DNA of 64,000 bases from Planctomycetota bacterium (lineage in GTDB: Bacteria; Planctomycetota; Phycisphaerae; Phycisphaerales; UBA1924), in NCBI GenBank assembly GCA_024280755.1, contig JAJRPN010000027.1, forward strand, positions 33,267 through 97,266, read 5' to 3'. The notes under the pieces were generated by a model. The model was not told the origin of the DNA. It saw only the letters and a program-made list of their open reading frames with translations, and ran no database searches. A program made the position numbers and the translations under genes. Below, one piece after another: positions 47,333-57,903 of this stretch. How positions within the stretch are numbered: the stretch's first letter is position 1; each line of letters begins with the position of its first letter.

Positions 47333-47626
47333 TTATGCGTTGAGATCGAGCCGCTTGGGGCGATCTTGGAGTGCCCGTTGATACGCCGGATATCCAGTCT
47401 GGTGCTCCTGGCGATCTCCCTTGGCGTCTTCCTGGTCTGCGTCGGCTAAGTTTCGCACCGCGTCGATGTGTTCGACCTCTTCGACCTTCGCGTTGTACTC
47501 ATCTTTGATAAGCTTGCGTTTGTAGGTGGCCTTGAATGTTTCTTCAGCCTTTGCCTTTGAAGCAGCCGCCGAGGACACGGGGGCACCCGAAAGGCTTGCA
47601 GCTAAGTTGTTTATAGCACCAGTCAT
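47333..47626 (-). CDS. small hypothetical protein
   Basis: 97-aa ORF in an otherwise empty interval. Charged and helical-looking. I recognise no motif. Confidence 0.4.
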   Translation of the reverse strand: MTGAINNLAASLSGAPVSSAAASKAKAEETFKATYKRKLIKDEYNAKVEEVEHIDAVRNLADADQEDAKGDRQEHQTGYPAYQRALQDRPKRLDLNA

Positions 47627-47748
47627 ACCCTATATATCGGATACACCACGCACTTTACGCCAGTCGATGCGCAAGAAAAACATAGTTTATTTGTAGTTTG
47701 ATCGGGTCGAGTGACGATTCTGGCCACCTGATCCGGGTGTGATATTGA

Positions 47749-48531
47749 TCAGGTGCCCATGATATTGACGCCGCAGTCTACATAGATGTTCTCGCCGGTG
47801 ACGCCACTGGCGAGATCGGAGACGAGGTAGACAGCGGTTTTGCCGACTTCACTGCCATCAATGTTGCGTCGCAATGGTGCAGCGACTTCAATCGCTTCTT
47901 CGATCCGAGTAATCCCACCAACCGCCGAGCTTGCCAGCGTGCGGAGGAATCCGCCAGAGATCGTATTGACGCGGATACTGTCTTCACCGAGTTCGTACGA
48001 GAGATAGCGCGTGGTCGCTTCGAGACAGGCTTTGGCGACCCCCATGATGTTGTATCCGGGGATGACTTTCTCTGAGCCATAGTAGGACATGGCAATGAGC
48101 GAGCCCCCGCCATGGGTTTTCATGATGTCTTGTGCGCGTCCTGCCATCGCTGAGAAGCTGTAGGCGGAGATATCGATGGCTTCTAGGTACGCTTTTCTCG
48201 GTGTTTTTGAGAAGTTTCCGATCTTGAGCCATTCACGATCGGCGTAGGCGATCGAGTGGATCAAAAAATCCATCCGATCGTGATCCTTTGAATAGTTCTC
48301 GAAGAGCGCATCGAGCGCTTCATCTGAGCCTGCATCGCATTCGTAGAGCTTTGGATTGTCGTGGATTTTGGAGACTGCTCGCTCGGTTCGGCGTGCGTTT
48401 TTCTCGCCTGGGATGTGTGCATAGGAACACTGGGCACCGTTTTCGGTGAGCGCCTTGGCGATGTGCCAGGCGTATGAACGGTCGTTGGCAACACCAACCA
48501 CTAGACCAACTTTGCCAGCCAACAAACTCAT
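47749..48531 (-). CDS. fabI: enoyl-[acyl-carrier-protein] reductase (NADH)
   Basis: MSLLAGKVGLVVGVANDRSYAWHIAKAL, SYYGSEKVIPGYNIMGVAKA (Tyr/Lys catalytic region). Start at ATG 48531 or 48537. Confidence 0.85.
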   Translation of the reverse strand: MSLLAGKVGLVVGVANDRSYAWHIAKALTENGAQCSYAHIPGEKNARRTERAVSKIHDNPKLYECDAGSDEALDALFENYSKDHDRMDFLIHSIAYADREWLKIGNFSKTPRKAYLEAIDISAYSFSAMAGRAQDIMKTHGGGSLIAMSYYGSEKVIPGYNIMGVAKACLEATTRYLSYELGEDSIRVNTISGGFLRTLASSAVGGITRIEEAIEVAAPLRRNIDGSEVGKTAVYLVSDLASGVTGENIYVDCGVNIMGT

Positions 48532-48611
48532 ATGCATACCTTTCAATCTCAGATCCCGAATCTCTCTTTCATTATAGTAGGGCCAATGGATCGGGTGGGG
48601 TACGATTCGGG

Positions 48612-49565
48612 ATGGAACGAGCCGACACACATGCAAAACAACAAGATCTCAACACGCTGACATTACCCGAGTTTGCCAATTTTCTTCGCCAATCCGGGTA
48701 CACCGGCAGGCTGATCGATCTCGCACGCGATGAAGACCTCGGTGAGCCGACGCATGACTGGACGGGGGAACTGATGTTTGCTCCTGATGATCGGTCGTCT
48801 GTGCTGATGCGATCGCGGGAAACCGGGATAGTTGCAGGGCTTGCATTCCTCAACGATCTTGTCGATGCGTTTGACGGGATCGGGGAGATCCGGTGGACTG
48901 CCAAGGTGAATGATGGTGATCGAGTTGAGCCCGGGACGGTGCTGGCGGAGTTTTCGGGAAATGCCCGAGCGTTGGTCGCGCTCGAACGAACCATGCTCAA
49001 TCTCATCTCTCGGCTCAGCGGCATCGCTGCCCGGACGAACCTGTTCGTTCAACTCGTTGAGTCGACCAATACCAAAATCTGCGACACCCGCAAAACGACT
49101 CCTGGGCTTCGCGCATTCGAAAAATATGCAGTTCGTTGTGGCGGGGGCACGACCCATCGGATGGGGCTCTACGATGCGGTTCTGATCAAGGATAATCACC
49201 TTGCAGGGATTGAAGGCAAAGACCTTGCAACAAAGATCGAATCGGTTGCGCACAAGATAGATAAGGAAGGCACTAAGCTCTGGTTTGTGCAGGTCGAAGT
49301 GGACACGCTTGATCAGTTCAAAGAAGTGCTTCGTGCCAAGGCAGGCGTTGTGGAGATCGTGCTGTTGGACAATATGACGACGCAGCAACTGAGCCAAGCG
49401 GTCAAGCTGCGTGATGAGTCTGGATCGGGTATTTTGCTCGAAGCCTCGGGGGGGGTATCGCATGATACGGTTGCTCAGATCGCGCGCACTGGCGTCGATC
49501 GGATCAGTATCGGCGGATTGACCCATCAAGCCCAGAGCCTTGATATCGGGCTCGATTCGGTGTGA
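48612..49565 (+). CDS. nadC: nicotinate-nucleotide pyrophosphorylase (carboxylating)
   Basis: CDTRKTTPGLRAFEKYAVRCGGGTTHRMGLYDAVLIKDNH. The ATG at 48612 was chosen to avoid overlap with fabI. Confidence 0.85.
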   Translation: MERADTHAKQQDLNTLTLPEFANFLRQSGYTGRLIDLARDEDLGEPTHDWTGELMFAPDDRSSVLMRSRETGIVAGLAFLNDLVDAFDGIGEIRWTAKVNDGDRVEPGTVLAEFSGNARALVALERTMLNLISRLSGIAARTNLFVQLVESTNTKICDTRKTTPGLRAFEKYAVRCGGGTTHRMGLYDAVLIKDNHLAGIEGKDLATKIESVAHKIDKEGTKLWFVQVEVDTLDQFKEVLRAKAGVVEIVLLDNMTTQQLSQAVKLRDESGSGILLEASGGVSHDTVAQIARTGVDRISIGGLTHQAQSLDIGLDSV

Positions 49566-49593
49566 TGGAGAAACGGAAAAAGGCACGCATTAC

Positions 49594-50403
49594 ATGATCA
49601 CAACAGGGCGCGAAGACATCTCGAAATGGGCATCACGGATTGACACCGTGATCGCCAACACGCCACAGTGTTGTGTGAATCGGGTGGTGGTGGTCGAATC
49701 GACACCAAGCACAATGGATGCTGCCCAAGCGTTTGCTGGTGAAAGCTGTGGCGTGCTGCTTGTCGCATCGCAACAAACAAGCGGTCGAGGTCAGCGTGGG
49801 CGGGTGTGGCAAGACGGAGATCGGTGTACGCTGCCTTGTACCTTCGTGCTCGATACGAGTGGGGTTGACCCGGTGATGCTTTCTGCGATGATCGGGTGCG
49901 CGGTTCACGAAACTATCCGCGATGTCGCGCCGTCTTCAAGCGATTTGATGATCAAATGGCCGAACGATATTGTTATTCGCGAGCAAGGCAAGGATGAGCA
50001 TGTTGATCTGAAAATTGCGGGTATCTTAATCGAACAGCGAGAACGGATGACTTCTATTGGCATCGGGATTAACTGTGTTCAAGGGCAGGGGGATTGGGGA
50101 GCGGATATACAATCCAAAGCGACATCGCTTTCACAGATCGGAGCCCAAATCTCTCGGCTTGATCTTGTGTGTAGCTTGGTCGAACACCTGAGCTATTGGC
50201 TTGGAGCTCAAGATCGGGCTGGGGCGCGAAGCTACTACCAAGCGAACGATGCGATGGTCCATACACGCCGATCGTTTCAGTATGACAATCGAAACTTTGA
50301 AGGCGTGGTCGAATGTATTGATCCGTTGGATTGCATCGTGCTTCAAACCCCGACCGGCACGCATCGTTTACCGATCGCACAAACCCAGCATGTCCGAAAA
50401 TGA
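49594..50403 (+). CDS. birA: biotin--[acetyl-CoA-carboxylase] ligase (no N-terminal HTH)
   Basis: SGRGQRGRVWQ, KWPNDIV. Confidence 0.75.
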   Translation: MITTGREDISKWASRIDTVIANTPQCCVNRVVVVESTPSTMDAAQAFAGESCGVLLVASQQTSGRGQRGRVWQDGDRCTLPCTFVLDTSGVDPVMLSAMIGCAVHETIRDVAPSSSDLMIKWPNDIVIREQGKDEHVDLKIAGILIEQRERMTSIGIGINCVQGQGDWGADIQSKATSLSQIGAQISRLDLVCSLVEHLSYWLGAQDRAGARSYYQANDAMVHTRRSFQYDNRNFEGVVECIDPLDCIVLQTPTGTHRLPIAQTQHVRK

Positions 50404-50416
50404 ACTCGTGAAAGGA

Positions 50417-50869
50417 TCAGAGCAGGCGTTTGATGTGCTTGCCCAGTTCTAGTGCTTCTTCTGGGGTGAGCGTGCCTGGGTTCCAGTTGAGTTCTAAGCC
50501 CGGCCCGTTTTTAAATGATGGGCTGCCTTGAACATTCTCGCCCCGGTCTTTGAATCGTGGGATGATGTGGAAGTGAACATGGGGGACTGCTTGGCCGGCG
50601 TCCTTGCCGTTGTTTTGAAGGATGTTGATCGAACTGGCGCCGGTTACTTTTTTGATCGCCCGAGTAATTCTTGGCAGCACCCGCCCGAGGGCAGCAGCGT
50701 GATTATCAGAGAGTTCGTCGATGGTGACCGCGGGCTCTTTGGGAATAACGAGGGCATGCCCCTCGGAGAGCGGGCCAATATCGAGGATGGCGATGACGAA
50801 ATCATCCTCATAGATTTTATGAGAATCGATTTCGCCTCGGATGATTTTGGAAAAGATGGAGTCGGTCAT
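50417..50869 (-). CDS. HIT family hydrolase
   Basis: Histidine triad HVHFHIIPR. Confidence 0.85.
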   Translation of the reverse strand: MTDSIFSKIIRGEIDSHKIYEDDFVIAILDIGPLSEGHALVIPKEPAVTIDELSDNHAAALGRVLPRITRAIKKVTGASSINILQNNGKDAGQAVPHVHFHIIPRFKDRGENVQGSPSFKNGPGLELNWNPGTLTPEEALELGKHIKRLL

Positions 50870-50988
50870 GTCTAAATCCTAGCGAGTAAACCGGGTTCAT
50901 GTTCTCGAAGGGCGGTGTTTTTCGGAATGATCTTGATGGTGCCAAATACGCCCGCCCTGACACGGTTTTGAGGCGTACGATTCATCGA

Positions 50989-52884
50989 ATGTCTCCAACT
51001 CAATCCACTATCCAGATCCGAAAACTCTCGCCTTTGCTCGTCAACCAGATCGCAGCGGGCGAGGTGATCGAACGCCCCGCATCGGTGCTCAAGGAACTCG
51101 TCGAGAACTCAATCGACGCGGGCGCGACGCGGATCACCGTCGAGCTTGAGCAGGGAGGCATTGAGCGGATCAGTATCGCCGATGACGGGCACGGGATCGC
51201 ACCCGATCAGATGACCCTGGCATTGACCCCTCACGCGACGAGTAAGATTCGTGAGTCGGAAGATTTAGATCGGATCGGCACGATGGGATTCCGAGGCGAA
51301 GCCCTCGCATCCATCGCTTCGATCTCGCGACTGTCAATTCGATCACGCAGCGCGGAGTTCGATGAGGGGCGAATCATCGAAGCCGAGGGCGATGTCGTCA
51401 GCGAACCCAAGCCCATCGGGTGCCCGGTGGGAACGACGATCGAAGTCAAGAACCTGTTCTTTAACACCCCTGCCCGGCGCAAGTTCTTGCGAACATCAAC
51501 CACTGAGCAAACCCGATGCTTGGAATGGCTGCGAGATCTGGCGATGGCCAACCCGGCGATTGGTGTGCGGTGTGTGGGCGATGGCAAGGTCAAGCTTGAT
51601 TTGCCGATTAATCAAACGCCAAGACAACGCGTGGTGGCGATCTTGGGCAAGGAACTCGAAGAGCAGCTCATCGAGGTGAGCGTCGATCAGTTCGATGACA
51701 CCCGAGGCATTTTGGTGTGGGGATTGGTGGGCTTGCCTGCGATTGCACGGGCAACAAGCAAGGCCCAGCATGTTTTTCTCAATGGACGGACCATTCGAGA
51801 TCGAACCATTTCGCATGCGATCCGCGAGGCGTTTCGCGGGTTGATTGAACCTGGAAAGCATCCGACTGCCGTGTTGATGATCGAGATGTCGCCGACCGCG
51901 GTCGATGTGAATGTGCATCCTGCCAAGCTCGAAGTCCGGTTCCGTGATCAATCGATGGTGCATCGTGCGATCTATCATGGCGTGAAGGACGCGATCGGGC
52001 GGGCCGATGTGACGCCGACGCTGTTGCAACGCTTGCCCGGAGCAGGCTTTGATTCGGGCAGTGCGATCATGCCGGGTGTCTCGCCTGAGCAGATCAGCCA
52101 ACAGCTTGATCATCAGGTAGACAAAATCGTCGAATACCTTGAGGCCAAGCCGCAGGGTTCTGGGCAGGCGTCCATGCCGAGTTCATATCGCCAAGAACTC
52201 AAGCAAGTGCTCGCACAAACACCGATGGCGAGTTTCGCATCGAGTATACCAAGCTTTGCACCAACACTGAATCAACAGGTCGGCGAGCTGCCAACCGTGC
52301 AGCGGGTCGATAAGGTGCTGCAAGTGCATTCGAGCTATCTTATCTCACAAGATGAACATGGCGTTCTGATTATCGATCAGCACGCATTGCATGAACGGGT
52401 GATGTTCAACAAACTCCTTGCGCGTGTGACGGGCAATGGCTCGCTCGAACAACAAGCCCTGCTCATGCCCATCGTGCTCGATGTTCCAAGCACCGTGATT
52501 GATAAGTTTGACGAACTCGACGCATTGCTCGAACGCATCGGCGTGCAGGCTGCGCCGATGGGGCCACGCTCTGTCGGGATTCATGCGGTACCAAGCTTCT
52601 TGCATTCACGCAATGTCCAGGCCGAGCCGTTCCTTGCCGAGCTATTCGAGAAAATCGATCACGGAGGGTTCGTGCCCACCTCCGAAGAAGCACTCCATGA
52701 GATCCTCGATATGATGTCATGCAAAGCTGCGATTAAGGCTGGTGATGTGCTCAGCGACAATGAACTCAATGCGATCATGGCCTTGCGTGAGACTACCGAA
52801 CGAGCAGCATCGTGCCCGCATGGCCGCCCAACGACCGTTCGGTTGACGATTGAAGAACTCGAAAAGTTGTTCGATCGACGATAA
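50989..52884 (+). CDS. mutL: DNA mismatch repair protein MutL
   Basis: IRKLSPLLVNQIAAGEVIERPASVLKELVENSIDAG, GFRGEAL, C-terminal dimerisation region ending ASCPHGRPT. Confidence 0.9.
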   Translation: MSPTQSTIQIRKLSPLLVNQIAAGEVIERPASVLKELVENSIDAGATRITVELEQGGIERISIADDGHGIAPDQMTLALTPHATSKIRESEDLDRIGTMGFRGEALASIASISRLSIRSRSAEFDEGRIIEAEGDVVSEPKPIGCPVGTTIEVKNLFFNTPARRKFLRTSTTEQTRCLEWLRDLAMANPAIGVRCVGDGKVKLDLPINQTPRQRVVAILGKELEEQLIEVSVDQFDDTRGILVWGLVGLPAIARATSKAQHVFLNGRTIRDRTISHAIREAFRGLIEPGKHPTAVLMIEMSPTAVDVNVHPAKLEVRFRDQSMVHRAIYHGVKDAIGRADVTPTLLQRLPGAGFDSGSAIMPGVSPEQISQQLDHQVDKIVEYLEAKPQGSGQASMPSSYRQELKQVLAQTPMASFASSIPSFAPTLNQQVGELPTVQRVDKVLQVHSSYLISQDEHGVLIIDQHALHERVMFNKLLARVTGNGSLEQQALLMPIVLDVPSTVIDKFDELDALLERIGVQAAPMGPRSVGIHAVPSFLHSRNVQAEPFLAELFEKIDHGGFVPTSEEALHEILDMMSCKAAIKAGDVLSDNELNAIMALRETTERAASCPHGRPTTVRLTIEELEKLFDRR

Positions 52885-52897
52885 GTAGTTGTGTTGT

Positions 52898-54103
52898 TTA
52901 GACATCATCAAGCAGGTCAACGGCTTTGAAGCGTTTGCCTTCGAGCATCTCAAGGCTCGCGCCGCCGCCGGTGGAGACATGGGAGATGCGGTTGGCAACG
53001 CCGAAGATCTCGGCAGCTGCGGCAGAGTCGCCGCCGCCGACGATTGAAGTTGCACCGGCATCGGTTGCATTAGCGACCGCTTCTGCGACGAGCTTGGTGC
53101 CCATCATAAATGGCTTCCACTCGAACACGCCCATTGGGCCGTTCCAGACGATGGTCTTCGATGCCTTGATGATCTGTGAATAGCGTGCTGCGGTTTTGGG
53201 ACCAATGTCGAGTCCCATGAATCCGTTGTCGATTTGGTCATCGAAGACTTGGATGTCGCCAGCCTTTTCTGCGAAGATCGTCGAGCAGATATGATCTTCG
53301 GGGAAGTGGAGATCCGTCTTGGATTCCGCAGCGAGTTCGATGATCCGCTTGGCTTCGCCGACCATGTCGTCTTCGACAATCGATGTGCCTACATTGTGCC
53401 CAAGTGCCTGGAGGAAGGTGTAGGCCATCGCGCCGCCGACGATGATATGGTCGGCCTTGGGGAGTAGGTGCTCGATCGCGGGGAGCTTGTCGGAAACTTT
53501 GGCACCGCCAAGGATCACTGTGAACGGGCGCGTTGGATCGGCGAGGGTTTCGGTGAGGTAGGCGATTTCTTTTTCGACCAGGAACCCGGCGACCTTGGGC
53601 TTGTTGCCCATCGCGCTGGGCACGCCGACCATCGAGGTGTGATTGCGATGGCAAGTGCCAAAGGCATCGTTGACATAGATATCACCAAGGTCGGCGAGCT
53701 GATTGGCAAAGTCGGATTCGTTTCGTTTTTCGCACCCGTGGAAGCGCAGATTTTCGAGCAGGATCACATCGCCGTCGTTCATCGCGTCGACAGCGACTTT
53801 GATCGCAGGAGACTTGCAGTTCTCAGCAGGGATATTCACTTCCTTGTTGAGCAACTCGCTCAAGCGTTTGGCGATTGGTGCCATTGAGTAGGCGGCTTCG
53901 TATCCCTTGCCCGCAGGGCGTCCAAGGTGAGACATCAAAATCGCCTTGCCACCACGCGAGATGACCGAGTTGATCGTTGGGAGGGCGGCTTGGATTCGTC
54001 GGTCATCGGTGATGGTCGAGCCATCGAGGGGGACATTAAAATCGACACGAATCAAGACTCGTTTTCCTGCGACATCGATGTTTGCGATTGTTTGCTTAGC
54101 CAT
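52898..54103 (-). CDS. pgk: phosphoglycerate kinase
   Basis: KRVLIRVDFNVPL, MSHLGRP, GGGDSAAA. Confidence 0.95.
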   Translation of the reverse strand: MAKQTIANIDVAGKRVLIRVDFNVPLDGSTITDDRRIQAALPTINSVISRGGKAILMSHLGRPAGKGYEAAYSMAPIAKRLSELLNKEVNIPAENCKSPAIKVAVDAMNDGDVILLENLRFHGCEKRNESDFANQLADLGDIYVNDAFGTCHRNHTSMVGVPSAMGNKPKVAGFLVEKEIAYLTETLADPTRPFTVILGGAKVSDKLPAIEHLLPKADHIIVGGAMAYTFLQALGHNVGTSIVEDDMVGEAKRIIELAAESKTDLHFPEDHICSTIFAEKAGDIQVFDDQIDNGFMGLDIGPKTAARYSQIIKASKTIVWNGPMGVFEWKPFMMGTKLVAEAVANATDAGATSIVGGGDSAAAAEIFGVANRISHVSTGGGASLEMLEGKRFKAVDLLDDV

Positions 54104-54160
54104 GTCGATCTACCTATGTGATGATGGTCAATATCCATCATATTGTACGCGTGCAGCCGC

Positions 54161-54187
54161 AAAAAAACGGGCAAAAAGCCCGTTTGG
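54161..54187 (-). terminator. rho-independent terminator after atpH
   Basis: The minus strand reads AAACGGGC-ttttt-GCCCGTTT followed by TTTTT. It lies 22 nt after the atpH stop. Confidence 0.7.
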
Positions 54188-54208
54188 AAGATCGTGTTTT
54201 TGATTGGA

Positions 54209-54817
54209 TTAGTCTTGGAGCATGTCGCCTGAACGCCCGCGAACCTCGGCGCTGCCGGTGTCAAGAAGCCCGTCTCGCATTTTGCGGAGTTGGGCCTGGA
54301 TCGATGCGTCGATGAGCTGATCGCCCATACGAAGTTTGATCCCCCCGAGCATGGAAGAATCAGTATATGGGTGCATGATGACATCTTTGCCCAGTGACGC
54401 AGACAACTGGGCACGGACCGATTCGAGCTCGCCGGTGCTGATTGGAGTCGCGGTAAAGACATCGACTTCGATGCGTCCGAACTGGTCTTGGACGAGTGCA
54501 TCCATTGCGACAGCGATCTGCGAAAGGTTCGCCAAGCGTCCCTTGCGGTTGAGTTGGCGGAGGAACTTGAGGGTGATGTCCGAGACCTTGCCGGCGAACA
54601 TGCGTTCGAGTGATGCGTCGCGTTTGCCCGAATCAATCAGGCGTGATGCGAGCAACTCAGAGAAGGCACGGTTGCTGCGAGCGAGTTCGACGATGTCTTC
54701 GAGTTCTGCGAGGATGGACTCGGCGTTTTCTTGCCCGCCGTGCTGCTGGGCAACCTCGAAGAGGCTCTTGGCGTACACCTTGGCGAGTGCGCTTGGTTGT
54801 GCTTCGATCAATGGCAT
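54209..54817 (-). CDS. atpH: ATP synthase F1 subunit delta (OSCP)
   Basis: Length, position after atpF, and OSCP-like sequence (AKVYAKSLFEVA...). Confidence 0.8.
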   Translation of the reverse strand: MPLIEAQPSALAKVYAKSLFEVAQQHGGQENAESILAELEDIVELARSNRAFSELLASRLIDSGKRDASLERMFAGKVSDITLKFLRQLNRKGRLANLSQIAVAMDALVQDQFGRIEVDVFTATPISTGELESVRAQLSASLGKDVIMHPYTDSSMLGGIKLRMGDQLIDASIQAQLRKMRDGLLDTGSAEVRGRSGDMLQD

Positions 54818-54868
54818 TGGGTATCTCCCGGCTTCAGCAGTTCTATGCGCTGAAGCGGTGGTGTTCGT

Positions 54869-55447
54869 TTAGCAGTTGACCGACTTCATCTCGGCGAGCG
54901 ATTCATCCATCAGCTTTTGCTGATCATCAACAGTTACTTCGCGAGCAAGGATCTTGCCGGCCATGACGGTTGCGAGGTTGACCGACTCGTTGTAGAGTTC
55001 GCTGAGTGCTTGCTTCTTGGCGGCGTCGATGTCGGCGACAGCCTTCTCACGCATGGCGGAGAGTTCTGCGTTGGCGGTTGCCTTGAGGTTTGCAGCCAAT
55101 GATGCCTGTTGAGCCTTGGTATCTTCGAGCATCTTCTGTGATTCAGCGCGAGCGTCTGAAAGGTTCTGCTCGTACTGGGCGAGTGCTTCCTTGGCCTGCT
55201 TGCGTGCGTCCTCGGCTGCAGCGATCTCGCCAACGATCTTTTCGTTGCGTTCATCAAGCCCGGCCACGATCTTGGGCCAGATCATCGCCGCTGAGATGCC
55301 CGCGACGATCAAGAAAAGGATGATCGCGGTCATGCCAGGGATAATGCCAGCGCTTGGTTTTTCAATAACCGAAGCCTTCTCGGCTGCGAGTGCAACTGAG
55401 CTCATCACCGAGAGAGCAAGGATTGTCGTGAATGTGAAACGCTTCAT
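54869..55447 (-). CDS. atpF: ATP synthase F0 subunit b
   Basis: The ATG at 55447 gives a signal-like helix, a TM helix, then a long charged A/E/K-rich helix. Confidence 0.8.
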   Translation of the reverse strand: MKRFTFTTILALSVMSSVALAAEKASVIEKPSAGIIPGMTAIILFLIVAGISAAMIWPKIVAGLDERNEKIVGEIAAAEDARKQAKEALAQYEQNLSDARAESQKMLEDTKAQQASLAANLKATANAELSAMREKAVADIDAAKKQALSELYNESVNLATVMAGKILAREVTVDDQQKLMDESLAEMKSVNC

Positions 55448-55544
55448 AAGAAGTTCTCCGATTAAGAGTCCCATCGTGGGATCTTTGATTTCGTGTACAA
55501 AGCCAACCCAGAGCATGTTTCAGCTCTGGGTTGGTGAAGTTTGA

Positions 55545-55889
<345 letters not shown>

Positions 55890-56025
55890 TCAGAGGCCGA
55901 TTCTTTTGTATACGACCTGAACCTTGGAAATGCGGGAAGAATCCACTGTCGATCCAACTCCGGATCGCAATGGCCTTGGGTGCCCCTCCCGCGGTGCCCC
56001 AGGCCCAACTATTGTTAAAAACGGA

Positions 56026-56931
56026 TCACGCGTGGGCGGGTGCCCCTTCGTGATCATGATCGTGTTCACCATGATGCGCCAGAAGCGAGATGAACACGGT
56101 CGTGAGGAACATAAATACGAATGCCTGCAAGAAGGAGACAAACAACTCGAGGAAGTAAATCGCGATCACCGCGATACTTGAGATAATACCGACAGGCAAA
56201 CCGATGACGCCCAGGTTGCTAAACCCTTGAGCCGCAAAGCCCAGAAGCACCGCGACCAAGATATGACCAGCGGTCATGTTGGCGAACAAACGAATCGACA
56301 ATGCGATTGGTTTAATAAAGGTACCGAGAATTTCGATCGGGATAATGATTGGCCAAACAAAGACGGGTGCGCCAGCGGTCAGATGCTTGAGGTACCCAGC
56401 AACACCGAGTTCTTTGAGCCCCGCATAGTTGATCATCAAACCAGCGAGCAACGAGAGGGCAGCAGTGATATAGATACTTTGGGTAGCGGTACCACCAATG
56501 AACGCACGGTGCTCGGCGAGCATCTCCGGTGCAAACTGACCAGCCATCAGGTTCTGAAAATCAAGCAAAGGCACCAAGCCAAGCAGGTTGTTGATAAGGA
56601 TAAAGAAGAAGATCGTCCAAAGGAATGGCATGAACCTGTTTGTGCGCTCATGAAGCAGCGGGCGAACCGTGTTCTCGCGGAGATAGCCACAGATCACTTC
56701 AATCATATGTGCAAAGCGTGATTTGGTCACCCAGCGATGATGTCCGTCAGTTTCGGCTCCGGTGGAAACTGCTTTGGCAACAAAGAGCCCACCAAAGATC
56801 ATGATGAGCGAGGTGATGACCATGTTGGTCTGGGCCGAAGACCAGATCCACCATCCGCCTTCAGAAATGATGAACGGATGATTAATGACATGAGCTACCG
56901 GATCGGCAGCAGCGAGTGTGAAAGTCGACAT
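56026..56931 (-). CDS. atpB: ATP synthase F0 subunit a
   Basis: LSIRLFANMTAGH motif and a multi-TM profile. Confidence 0.9.
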   Translation of the reverse strand: MSTFTLAAADPVAHVINHPFIISEGGWWIWSSAQTNMVITSLIMIFGGLFVAKAVSTGAETDGHHRWVTKSRFAHMIEVICGYLRENTVRPLLHERTNRFMPFLWTIFFFILINNLLGLVPLLDFQNLMAGQFAPEMLAEHRAFIGGTATQSIYITAALSLLAGLMINYAGLKELGVAGYLKHLTAGAPVFVWPIIIPIEILGTFIKPIALSIRLFANMTAGHILVAVLLGFAAQGFSNLGVIGLPVGIISSIAVIAIYFLELFVSFLQAFVFMFLTTVFISLLAHHGEHDHDHEGAPAHA

Positions 56932-57377
56932 CAGGAAATACCCTCCGCATCAACCGCTGGCGTCATGCCCGGCGTGTGCTTCTGGATCAAAGATAAAACG
57001 GATGCAACATCAATGGTCAGCGTGATCATCAATGCGGTAAGCATGGTCAGAAAGAAAACAACGCGATCAGGCGAGGCAATCATATAGATCGCCACACCAA
57101 TGGTCAGCACGGTCAATGCACGGATCATGGTGCCGGCAAGCACAGGAACGCTCCACTCGGGTGCGTTCTTGGCCGGCATCATGAGCAAGATTCCCATCGG
57201 GATCAAGACCCCAGGAATAGTTGCGAGCATCGACCAGAGTCCATCACTCATCACGCCTCCGCGTTGTTGGGCGATCATGCCGCCAGCAAATGCGATGACG
57301 ACACAAATCACCAGAGCGATCAATCCGGTTCGGATCAAAGGCAGCTTAACCTCGTTGGGCGTGGTTTGATTGGTCAT
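56931..57377 (-). CDS. atpI: ATP synthase protein I-like membrane protein
   Basis: 148 aa, about 4 TM helices. Its stop overlaps the atpB start by 1 nt. Called from position. Confidence 0.5.
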   Translation of the reverse strand: MTNQTTPNEVKLPLIRTGLIALVICVVIAFAGGMIAQQRGGVMSDGLWSMLATIPGVLIPMGILLMMPAKNAPEWSVPVLAGTMIRALTVLTIGVAIYMIASPDRVVFFLTMLTALMITLTIDVASVLSLIQKHTPGMTPAVDAEGIS

Positions 57378-57585
57378 GTGCGGTGCGTGTGTTGATTCAG
57401 ACTCTATATAAATAGTTGGAGATCATACGAGAACTCCAATCCTGCCGGGCGAGAAGGATAGGGGGCATGAACCCAATCGGCGAGTCAAAAAGAGACCATT
57501 TTGCACCCTTTCTTGACAAGTTTTCAAGTTGGTTTTCGCGTGGCAGAAATCTGGATCAAATGAGTCCTCAATTGAACAGATTTCA

Positions 57586-57855
57586 TCAGGTTTCTGGGTC
57601 GCCATCAGTTCTTGGTGAGGCTTTGGTCTGTTCCTTATTCAGATCCATCGCTTCACGAACGAACCTATAAAACCCAACCACAAGCCCTGTAATCGCCAAG
57701 ATAATCGTCCAGAGCATGCCAGTATTGGCGAAATGGTCGATGGCATAGCCGATCAGTCCCAGCCCGATCATGCCATAGACCGGATCGAGCGCGATGCTCC
57801 ATGCTTTGGCTTGGCGGGCGCGATCGCCTCGGGATGTGTTGTCATTTGGGCTCAT
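57586..57855 (-). CDS. atpZ: AtpZ/AtpR-like small membrane protein
   Basis: 89 aa, two TM helices (VYGMIGLGLIGYAIDHF...LWTIILAITGLVVGFYRF). Sits at the head of the atp cluster. Confidence 0.55.
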   Translation of the reverse strand: MSPNDNTSRGDRARQAKAWSIALDPVYGMIGLGLIGYAIDHFANTGMLWTIILAITGLVVGFYRFVREAMDLNKEQTKASPRTDGDPET

Positions 57856-57903
57856 CTATCAGATCCTCTTAGAAACTCGTTGGTATCGGCTTGGCCGAGT
57901 TGG

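Noticed and set aside
48663-49586. Long antisense ORFs inside known genes (for example 48663-49586 opposite nadC, 37687-38763 opposite miaB, 5995-6708 opposite mfd, 44790-45464 opposite sdhA, 51496-52113 opposite mutL)
   Set aside because: These are typical stop-codon-poor shadow frames of GC-rich DNA. Their translations are Arg/Pro/Gly-rich with no motifs, and the opposite-strand genes are unambiguous.
57423-57605. 60-aa ORF in the atpZ / atpI-like gap
   Set aside because: It overlaps the 3' end of the atpZ-like gene, has no hydrophobic or other recognisable character, and is more likely non-coding leader sequence.
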